Assembly (NCBI GenBank): GCA_016840035.1
Contig: JAEOTC010000016.1
Location: 1 to 30,621 of the forward strand
Direction: 5' to 3'
DNA length: 30,621 nt
From: Candidatus Hodarchaeota archaeon
GTDB lineage: Archaea; Asgardarchaeota; Heimdallarchaeia; Hodarchaeales; Hodarchaeaceae
In this document: one piece after another, positions 1 to 8,050 of the stretch
Position numbering within the stretch: the stretch's first letter is position 1
Layout of the letters: each line of letters begins with the position of its first letter
The notes under the pieces: model-generated
Databases searched by the model: none
What the model saw: the letters and a program-made list of their open reading frames with translations, nothing else
Told to the model about the DNA's origin: nothing
Position numbers and translations under genes: made by a program

Positions 1-15
1 AGCTAAAAAAATACG

Positions 16-124
16 TCCGACAAAAGGGTTCACTATTTTTTATTTTCCGACAAAACAAATTATAGAAATTGTCTAGAGAATTTATCCGACAAAAGATATT
101 ACATAAAATAAATTTCCGACAAAA
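16..124. repeat. Four exact direct repeats of TCCGACAAAA separated by unique AT-rich spacers
   Basis: Copies at 16-25, 46-55, 85-94 and 115-124 (start-to-start 30/39/30 bp; spacers 20/29/20 nt). A degenerate ACCGACGAAA lies at 293-302. Non-coding, and the array may continue left of the window. Confidence 0.85.
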
Positions 125-458
125 CTATTACCCTTATTTTGCTAAAACATTACCAGAGTGTCACTTTTATATCTCATTAGAAGTTCATGCATTTTATAAA
201 GTTTAATATCAGATAAAAGTTAAAAATGAAATTCCGAGTGAGAATTCAAAATATGTAATTTCCTCCCCATTCACCTAGTAATTAAATGACATACCGACGA
301 AAATCACCATTTTTGATAAATTGACTAAACTAATGTTCTTATTGTTCTCCTTAAAGGATTCTGAAAATATCGAAGATTTCTAATTACACTAGGTTTCTAC
401 TTCCAAATTTAAACACAAGATATGTGAATTCCCTCAAATTACATTCTTCTTGTGATTT

Positions 459-2390
459 CTATTTCTTTCTTCGATCATTTCTAGCAATTAAGATTAGAAG
501 CGAGATTATCAACGGAGAAACCATTACCCAAGATGTGGAAGAACTTGTTGGGTCAGTATCTGTAGTATCCGTAATGCTATGAGAATTTCGATTATCTTGG
601 ACCGTAAAAGGTTCCATTTCCAATAAATTCAGTGAATACAAATATCCACTAGTGGTATCAATCTCTACTGTTGTAGGTTTTTTATCAAACTGAAACTGAA
701 TATTTGTGGGAGTTGAGGAGTTACACCATACCCAAATCAGTTCATCCATAGATGATCCCTCAACATCGATCAGAAAAGGGACTTTAGTAGGATATACGGA
801 TAATCCTGTTTGTTTTAAAGTCAAAGATAGATTATACCCGCTTAGTGTTGTATTTTCCAGTTGTGCTGCGACTAATTCAACTTCAGGGATGAATCCTTCG
901 TTAAACCATGGTAAAAACCAGTTGATATCAATATAATAATTGAAACAATCAATCAGATCATTGAAAGTTGCTATTTGAAAGCTATATTGAGTATAAAACC
1001 GTTCTAAAGCATCGAAGAAATTAGCATCACCAATATAAGTACGCAATAAGTGAAGAACAGAAGGAGCTTTGTGATACGCAGCTTCCCAATAATGACTCCC
1101 ATCGATATCATTTTCTAAAATATAATTTATAGATCTATTAATTACTAATCCTGCGGGATAGCGTGTCTCATTACTTGTTTCTGCTGTTCTATATAAATGC
1201 TCCTCAAAAAAACCCATGTAGTTATATCGATTCTCAAAATAATACCAGTGGCAATAGCAAACGATTCCTTCATCAAGAAAACCTTCATCAATCTGATCGT
1301 TTCCTACAACTGCATAGAACCATTGGTGAGCGACTTCATGTGCAATTCCCGTTTCAAACCATCGATAACCCGATTGAATCCATACAATTCCTGGCCAGTC
1401 CATTCCACCATAAAATCCAAAAGTGGTTGCTACGGAGAAGGAAGTATACGGATACTCCCCATATAAATCTGAAAATAGGTCTAAGGAATAAAGGGTAATA
1501 TCCATCGCTGTAAGTGTCCAGTTTCCAGCATCACGAGGTAAATAATACACAGATACGGGAATTGATCTAAATGTTTCTTGTTCCACAATATAATCTGGAC
1601 TTATGGCAAAACTGAAGTCACGAGCATTCAGCATACGAAATTCATATTCAATTTGGTTATTTACCTCTGGATCTTCTCCTAAGAGTTCACCAGATGCAGC
1701 TACTTTAAAATCTGAGGGAACCGTAAGATTTACATAGTAATTAGCAATATCTGAGTAATAAGGATCACCCACAAAATACTGGGGTTCTAAATTCCATCCT
1801 TGTTCGTCATAAACAGCTAGAATAGGGTAATAGTTACACAGAGCATAAACGAGACCTAAGCTAGGATCATCTTTAAAGTTAAGACGAAAAGAATCGTTAT
1901 TAGTAATAGCTGTTTCAAATTCCATATACAGGGAGAAGCTCTCACCTGGAAGCAATGCTTGAGGAAGTGTAATATTGAGTAGTTGATTTCCAAATCCAAA
2001 ATCCAGGTCTTGTCCTAGATCCTTCGTTTTAACATTATCTACTAGTAAATAACCAGGAACATCTTCATTTACAGAGGCATTAGGGTACAGATGAAAAAAG
2101 AGTTCTCCTATGTCAATATCCTCAGTGTTAACATAATCCAGGATTAAGGTACCAGAGAGAGTATGACTACTGGAATCCAATACTATGTCCATAGAATAAT
2201 TTGTAAGACTTTCAGAAGATACCTTATATTCAATGTTTTGTCCATCACGCCCTGATACGCCAGGTGATGTGTGAATATCCCGTTCATAAGGCTTTAAATC
2301 CGTAGAATGCAAAGATACATAAACATGTGCTACTAGTAAGAGAAATCCGATCATTAAACCTGATGCTATATAGCGTCGATTAACTTTCAT
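459..2390 (-). CDS. Secreted, C-terminally anchored M1-family (gluzincin) zinc aminopeptidase
   Basis: HEVAH-x18-E zinc motif (HEVAHQWFYAVVGNDQIDEGFLDE); exopeptidase motif GGMDWP; distal catalytic Tyr motif AAYHKAP; N-terminal hydrophobic signal; C-terminal T/S/D-rich linker + TM + RNDRRKK. Confidence 0.92.
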   Translation of the reverse strand: MKVNRRYIASGLMIGFLLLVAHVYVSLHSTDLKPYERDIHTSPGVSGRDGQNIEYKVSSESLTNYSMDIVLDSSSHTLSGTLILDYVNTEDIDIGELFFHLYPNASVNEDVPGYLLVDNVKTKDLGQDLDFGFGNQLLNITLPQALLPGESFSLYMEFETAITNNDSFRLNFKDDPSLGLVYALCNYYPILAVYDEQGWNLEPQYFVGDPYYSDIANYYVNLTVPSDFKVAASGELLGEDPEVNNQIEYEFRMLNARDFSFAISPDYIVEQETFRSIPVSVYYLPRDAGNWTLTAMDITLYSLDLFSDLYGEYPYTSFSVATTFGFYGGMDWPGIVWIQSGYRWFETGIAHEVAHQWFYAVVGNDQIDEGFLDEGIVCYCHWYYFENRYNYMGFFEEHLYRTAETSNETRYPAGLVINRSINYILENDIDGSHYWEAAYHKAPSVLHLLRTYIGDANFFDALERFYTQYSFQIATFNDLIDCFNYYIDINWFLPWFNEGFIPEVELVAAQLENTTLSGYNLSLTLKQTGLSVYPTKVPFLIDVEGSSMDELIWVWCNSSTPTNIQFQFDKKPTTVEIDTTSGYLYSLNLLEMEPFTVQDNRNSHSITDTTDTDPTSSSTSWVMVSPLIISLLILIARNDRRKK

Positions 2391-2820
2391 ATACTTATCC
2401 CCATAAATATTTCAACAATTAATCATTAGAAACCTTTTACCGTATTTTATGAACAATATTGATTTATAGTTTATTATTGTGGCATAAAATGTCATTTAGA
2501 CGAATATCATTTTTTTGATAAGCAGAGAATTATTGAAGAATTAGAATGTGTAGAGTAAGGGAACCAAGTAATCATAATTATGAAAGGTCTTGGTTAAGCG
2601 AAATACATTGACCTGTTTACTGTTTCGTTTGGTGATTAAACATACGGATTTTAATTACCTTGTGTTTTATTGGGTTTGGTTAGAAAAACCCATTATGACT
2701 ATAATATCTAAGGGAATTATATACTTGGGCTTGAGTTTGGTAATTCTGATTTAAATTGTAAATAATTCTTGCAGTTGGTAAGAGTCAAATAATTATACTG
2801 GTACATGGGGACCATAATTG

Positions 2821-3930
2821 ATGGATTCCCACCTCTCTCATCTTCGATTGGTATTCTTCGTCTGTTTTCTAATTAGTTTTCCTCTCCCCCTCTTTTCTAA
2901 TAACATTCCAATTCACCCATTCATTATAACCAAGGAGTCTAATTCTGCTTTTTCTGTACAACAGTCTATCATCATTGATGGGAATCATGACTTACGTGCA
3001 CGAAACTGGCCAGGTGATGGTTCATTCCTATCTCCCTATCTCATTGAAAACTATTCGATTGAGGTTTCAGAAGTCGGAGCTATTTGCATTGAGATCAAAA
3101 ATACCAATCAGTTTTTTTCTATCCAGAATTGCGTTTTACGCGGTAGTTTGGGAACTACTGGGATTTCTCTCACTAATGTTACCAATGGCTTTGTTACACA
3201 GACTGAAATTCTTACTCAAGGAACTGGTCTTACCCTTAATTCTACTACGAACATGCTAATAAATAACAATACGATTCGTGAGGCTGAATATGGACTTGTA
3301 CTTCATTTTACCTCCTCCCTTGACCTCAGTGAAAATTCCCTAGTGAATAATTATCGTGCAATTTGTTCCTACTCCTCTACAAATAATATCATTTCTAGGA
3401 ATACTATAACCCATTCTCCTTCGGGTGGGTATGGTTTAGACTTTCATTTTACCAATTATACTTTAATTGCAAATAACTCAATTCTATTTCAAAATTATGG
3501 TTTTTATTCCGAATACTCTTCTCATATTAATTTTACCTCCAATATCTTTTTTAGAAATTACTTGAAAGCCATTTTCCTTAGTGAATTTGGGACTAGTCAT
3601 ATCTATGTTTTTTCAAATGATTTCTATACCCCTGTGAAGGACGTTACTTCTGGGAGTCGTTCTCAAGCCACAGATAATGGTCAAGAGAATATTTTTAGTC
3701 ATAATTACTGGAGTGAATGGATAAGTCCTGATGATGATAATAATGGTATAATTGACATTCCCTATCTGTTGTCAGGATTTGCCCGAAATCATGATTTCTT
3801 CCCCTTACCTAGCCCTACGATTTCCTCTTTCACTCCTCCCTTAACCTCCACTAGCTCTGGCTGGTTTTACTTCCCCAGCTTACTACTGATAATCGTAATT
3901 GTCCTTATCAGACGCAAATTCCCTATTTAG
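2821..3930 (+). CDS. Right-handed parallel beta-helix (NosD/pectin-lyase-like) surface protein with C-terminal anchor
   Basis: Signal peptide; WPGDGS..PYLIEN cap motif; repeated (S/T)NNxIxxNxI and GLxLxxS coils; NYWSEWISPDDDNNGIIDIPY C-cap; S/T-rich linker + SSGW + TM + RRK. ATG 2821 preferred over TTG 2818. Confidence 0.85.
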   Translation: MDSHLSHLRLVFFVCFLISFPLPLFSNNIPIHPFIITKESNSAFSVQQSIIIDGNHDLRARNWPGDGSFLSPYLIENYSIEVSEVGAICIEIKNTNQFFSIQNCVLRGSLGTTGISLTNVTNGFVTQTEILTQGTGLTLNSTTNMLINNNTIREAEYGLVLHFTSSLDLSENSLVNNYRAICSYSSTNNIISRNTITHSPSGGYGLDFHFTNYTLIANNSILFQNYGFYSEYSSHINFTSNIFFRNYLKAIFLSEFGTSHIYVFSNDFYTPVKDVTSGSRSQATDNGQENIFSHNYWSEWISPDDDNNGIIDIPYLLSGFARNHDFFPLPSPTISSFTPPLTSTSSGWFYFPSLLLIIVIVLIRRKFPI

Positions 3931-4075
3931 AATTCTCAATTAACGTAATTACCTTTTTTTCATTGAATACAGATCAAAGAGAAACAATTATTAGATGAAT
4001 TGCGAAAAATCGATAGATTACTTCTCACCAGAATGGATCTTAACTGAAACACTAATGGATAGGAGATTTGATTTT

Positions 4076-5443
4076 GTGATTGTTAATCCTAAAATTGTCT
4101 CTATTGGCTCCGGTAGTGCGAGTTTTTACTTATCCACACTAGGTGATATATTTACACAAGAATCCCTCAAGAACGCAGAGCTTTATTTGATTGATATTAA
4201 TAAGGAATTATTAACAAAAGTAACAGCCTTAGCTAACATTCTTAAAACTCGGTTAAAATCAAAAATCGAGATTACTTCTAGCACAGATCGGACTTTACTT
4301 TTGTCTAACGCTGATTTTGTGATCTTAACCCTTGCGGTCGATCGTGAACAAACATGGAAGGAAGATATCCAGATCGCCCAAAAATATGGGATCTGGCATT
4401 ATGGTGAGAATGGAGGTCCTGGAGCGTTTGGTCATACTGCTAGAAATGTGGCCACTCTTCTTCCGATCCTTCAAGATATCAACGATCTTGCACCCAATGC
4501 GACCATAATTAATTTCACTAATCCCCTCCCTAGAATCCATTTGGCAATCACTTCCCTAACTGGTCAGAGGTGTATAAGTTACTGCCACCAATATTTTCAT
4601 GGTTATTATTTACTTGGGAAAATTTTAATGGATGATTTACTACAACATGGTCATTCTTTTCCTAATCAAAATTACCATACAATTCGACAAGAATCCTTTA
4701 ATGAATATGATGTCAAAGCAGCGGGAATTAATCACTTTACTTGGATGCTGACAATTACTCGGATGGATTCTGGAGAAGATATCTATCCCATCCTTAAGGC
4801 CCATCTTCACAAAACCCCAAAAAACATAGAGAAATTTGAGAAGCTTTCCCGAAAGATGTTTGAAGTTTTTGGCTACTTTCCTGTCCCCGGGGAAACACAT
4901 CTTTCTGAATATCTTCCCTACACAAAAACGAAGGAAAATTGGAGAGACTACAATTTATTTCATTTTAATTTCGAAGAAGCGAAAAAAGATAGAGTACGAA
5001 ACCTTGGAATTTTGGATAATATTGTTACTGGGAAAGGATCCATTGAGAATTTGAATTTTGATGATGCTGAACGTCTTGCTGTTATTATTGGGAAATTATG
5101 TACAGATAAAGAATCTTCAGAACCCGCCTTGAATACCGAAAATAGAGGTACTATTAGTAATCTTCCAGAAGATTGTATTATCGAGGTTCCCTGTCAGCTA
5201 AGTAGCAACAACGTAACTCCTTACAAAATTGGTAAGCTTCCTGATTCCATTGCCGCATTATGTCACCGTGAGATAATAATTGCAAAACTTATGGTAGAAG
5301 GATCCATACAGGGCAGTCGTGACCTAATAGTTCAAGCTTTTGCTCTTGATCCAATGGTAGCAGATTTAAAACTAGCAGAACAATTAACCAATGACTACAT
5401 TTCTACTTTTCATGACTATCTCCCACAGTTTTATATACCATAA
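4076..5443 (+). CDS. NAD+/Mn2+-dependent glycoside hydrolase family 4 (alpha-galactosidase/alpha-glucosidase-like)
   Basis: Rossmann motif KIVSIGSGSASF, LIDIN, ADFVI, GENGGPGA, INFTNP, metal-ligand Cys in SYCH, GINHFTW, NLPEDCIIEVP, AFALDP. Start uncertain: the ORF opens at 3995, there is an ATG at 4055, and GTG 4076 follows SD-like AGGAGA at 4061-4066. Confidence 0.9.
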   Translation: MIVNPKIVSIGSGSASFYLSTLGDIFTQESLKNAELYLIDINKELLTKVTALANILKTRLKSKIEITSSTDRTLLLSNADFVILTLAVDREQTWKEDIQIAQKYGIWHYGENGGPGAFGHTARNVATLLPILQDINDLAPNATIINFTNPLPRIHLAITSLTGQRCISYCHQYFHGYYLLGKILMDDLLQHGHSFPNQNYHTIRQESFNEYDVKAAGINHFTWMLTITRMDSGEDIYPILKAHLHKTPKNIEKFEKLSRKMFEVFGYFPVPGETHLSEYLPYTKTKENWRDYNLFHFNFEEAKKDRVRNLGILDNIVTGKGSIENLNFDDAERLAVIIGKLCTDKESSEPALNTENRGTISNLPEDCIIEVPCQLSSNNVTPYKIGKLPDSIAALCHREIIIAKLMVEGSIQGSRDLIVQAFALDPMVADLKLAEQLTNDYISTFHDYLPQFYIP

Positions 5444-5543
5444 TTTCCAATAAGAAACATTTTGGCATATAGCTAGGTTTTTTAAGGACAAATAAGTGTT
5501 AATTCACTTAATTCAACATAATTTCTTAAGAAAGAAGGAGAAA

Positions 5544-7940
5544 ATGATGAAATCTACTCATTACAAGATTGTTCTGTCAGTATTATTCACTATGCTGATT
5601 CTAGTATTCAATTTTGGATTGAATGGAAGCTTGGCTACCGATTCTTTTAATCCTGATATGAAAATGACTCAATTTTGGATACCCCCAGAACCTGATAATA
5701 ATTATTATTCGGAATATCTTGATCTAACTGTTCTCAAGGATGGTTCGATTGTAAAGGAATGGAATTTAGTTGACCAAGGAATAGGTGACATTTCATTTCC
5801 AGTCAATCTTACAACTCCTGTCAATGCATCTACCGTAGCGCTTGAGGATCTCCGGGTAAGACTAGCTGTTGTTCAACATGACGAATTTTCCGAGCAATGG
5901 GGCCCCATTACCTATCAGGATTCTAGTTATGAATTCCTCTATGATGATGATATTGAAAGTATTGTTTCTCACGTCTTTCTTGAGTTTTATGCGTTACTAG
6001 ATGATCCTGCTAATGATACTATCATCTACCCAGTGCTTGAAGAGACAATTTCAGAACTTGAGGCATTATGGGAAGGTGTTACATTCCTCAAATTCGGAGA
6101 AAGCTTCTCTTTAGGGGGAAGAAGACTTACCCAGACCTGGAGAGCTTTTCCCACAAGTAAAGATTTACGGACAATCTTTGAATATATTATCAACCACAAT
6201 CTCCCTTCGGAGGGTTTATTTTTAGTTTCTGACACTAAACAATTCTTACAGGCAGACCATAAGAGTATTCATCTCGTTGCTAATTGGGACGGAATGAATG
6301 AGAGTGAGTCAGATAGTTATGATCAAGAACCGTACATCGATGGTTCTATAGAGAATTTTGATCAGCGTTGGGAATATATTGTCGGTATTTCTCTTTTAGA
6401 ATCAGATCTGTATTCTATTGATACAGATTCTTCCAATATTTTACGCTTTAGAGACATCATACCCTATAGTAATGGACTTCCAAGTCATCCTCATGCGAAT
6501 GACAGCAACCTGAATATCAATCTTTACCATGGAAGTGAGATCACTGCTGCCCGACCGAAGTTTGAAAATATCCCCCGATATAAAACTCGTTATTCCCTTG
6601 ATATGCTCTCCGATAGCGGCGAAGGTGCAGATTATATTCTTCCTGATTCTGCCCACGTGAATTTCACTGATGGAAATAGTGAGATCCCGGTGTTAACTGC
6701 CCAAGTATCTGCGGATAAATATAATATTATACCTGGAGACTATATTACCATTACTTACGAGGTTTCAAATATTGGTGAGGTTTCTGCCTATGATGTTTCT
6801 TTGGATGATGATTTTAATTATGGTTTTCCTGTAAATTATACAATAATCGAAGGTGATCCCGATGACGATGAAGAAATCGAAGCGTTTTGGGATTCTATTC
6901 CAGGGGGCTCTTCTGTAAATTATACAGTTCAAATCTATTGTAATACAACCGCTGAGAATGGTTCCTTTCTCTGGTTTGATCCCACATTAGAATATCATGC
7001 CAGTAATTATGCAGATGAAAATATTTGGGCTCGCAATCCACGAGATTATGGTGGAGGATATCAGGTTGATGGGAGTGAAATTATTGTTCTCTGTGATGTT
7101 ACTTCCCCGATTTTACTTGTTGAATACAAACTCCCTGACACGGCGTTTGCTGTGGGTGATCTAGTTACAGTTCAAATGGAAATTACTAACGTAGGGAATA
7201 ACGCTACTGATCTTAATTGGGGTTTACCTGTACTTGGTATTAACACTACGGCTATCAATGGCTATATTGATTTTCTAGATTCCTCTGACCGTATGGTTAT
7301 TAACGGTTCCTTTATAGTTGACTATCCAACAAGATTTCACGGTGCATTCTTAGAATCCCGCTTCTTCTCTCCATATTCAGATGCGTATGTCGATTATGAT
7401 TTTATCAGTAATCGTGGAGGAGCAATTCGTGTCCAATATGCAAATGAAATTGCAGTCAATGTCTATCCACAAGCCCGAGAAAGTTATGGTGCTTTAATCC
7501 AATTAAGTAAATCTATTACTGATCTCGATATTGAGAATGAGAACAGCTACCAAGTCACTATAACAGCAAAAAATGTCGGAAATTCTCCAGCCTATTCCGT
7601 TGATATAGATGATATTTACCCAATAGAGAATTTTACATTAATCTCTGGGACTACTTCTGTATCTTGGAATTTACTCCCTCCTGATATCCAATTTTCCTTC
7701 TCATATGTCGTTAATTATCCTGAAACCTTTGATTCAAGTATGCAAGTGTCTTATGTTACCGCAACATATGACTTTGGTTTCAACTGGTTCTCTGGATCTA
7801 GCTGGGTAGGTACATATGACTTTGACCCTAGGGATTCAGGAGGAGTTGAAGGTTTTCTTCTAGGACTTGGTTTCATTGTCTCAACATTGGTTGCCATATC
7901 TCTAGGAATACTCCTGCTTCGGGAGAAGGAGATGTTTTAG
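5544..7940 (+). CDS. Acidic secreted surface glycoprotein with three DUF11/BatD/TRAP-beta-like Ig domains and a C-terminal TM (S-layer-like)
   Basis: Signal peptide; three 'GDxxTVxxxIxNxGxxxAxxV'-type domains (YEVSNIGEVSAYDV; MEITNVGNNATDL; ITAKNVGNSPAYSV); C-terminal TM then REKEMF. ATG 5544 follows AAGGAG (5535-5540); the ORF opens at 5496. Confidence 0.72.
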   Translation: MMKSTHYKIVLSVLFTMLILVFNFGLNGSLATDSFNPDMKMTQFWIPPEPDNNYYSEYLDLTVLKDGSIVKEWNLVDQGIGDISFPVNLTTPVNASTVALEDLRVRLAVVQHDEFSEQWGPITYQDSSYEFLYDDDIESIVSHVFLEFYALLDDPANDTIIYPVLEETISELEALWEGVTFLKFGESFSLGGRRLTQTWRAFPTSKDLRTIFEYIINHNLPSEGLFLVSDTKQFLQADHKSIHLVANWDGMNESESDSYDQEPYIDGSIENFDQRWEYIVGISLLESDLYSIDTDSSNILRFRDIIPYSNGLPSHPHANDSNLNINLYHGSEITAARPKFENIPRYKTRYSLDMLSDSGEGADYILPDSAHVNFTDGNSEIPVLTAQVSADKYNIIPGDYITITYEVSNIGEVSAYDVSLDDDFNYGFPVNYTIIEGDPDDDEEIEAFWDSIPGGSSVNYTVQIYCNTTAENGSFLWFDPTLEYHASNYADENIWARNPRDYGGGYQVDGSEIIVLCDVTSPILLVEYKLPDTAFAVGDLVTVQMEITNVGNNATDLNWGLPVLGINTTAINGYIDFLDSSDRMVINGSFIVDYPTRFHGAFLESRFFSPYSDAYVDYDFISNRGGAIRVQYANEIAVNVYPQARESYGALIQLSKSITDLDIENENSYQVTITAKNVGNSPAYSVDIDDIYPIENFTLISGTTSVSWNLLPPDIQFSFSYVVNYPETFDSSMQVSYVTATYDFGFNWFSGSSWVGTYDFDPRDSGGVEGFLLGLGFIVSTLVAISLGILLLREKEMF

Positions 7941-7957
7941 AGTTTCACTTCACTAAA

Positions 7958-7992
7958 TCATACACAGGCAAACTGTGTATGACTCTATTTTT
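7958..7992. terminator. Perfect 10-bp hairpin between convergent genes, followed by a T-tract
   Basis: TCATACACAG (7958-7967), loop GCAAA, CTGTGTATGA (7973-7982), then CTCTATTTTT. Lies 17 nt after the stop at 7940 in a convergent intergenic gap. Confidence 0.55.
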
Positions 7993-8050
7993 CTAGGCTA
8001 TCCTTTCAATCTTGAACCAAGTATTCCTTATCCCTAGGAGAAGGAATAAT

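Noticed and set aside
16-124. CRISPR array or a coding repeat (all spacings are multiples of 3)
   Set aside because: The 10-bp repeat and 20-29-nt spacers are too short for CRISPR, and no cas genes are present. Five frames hit stops; the one open minus frame (FCR...FCR) is immediately preceded by TAG at 125-127 and has no ATG.
706-1498. Short + strand ORFs 706-936, 1163-1498 and 1197-1466
   Set aside because: They lie antisense to the well-supported M1 peptidase and have no recognisable motifs.
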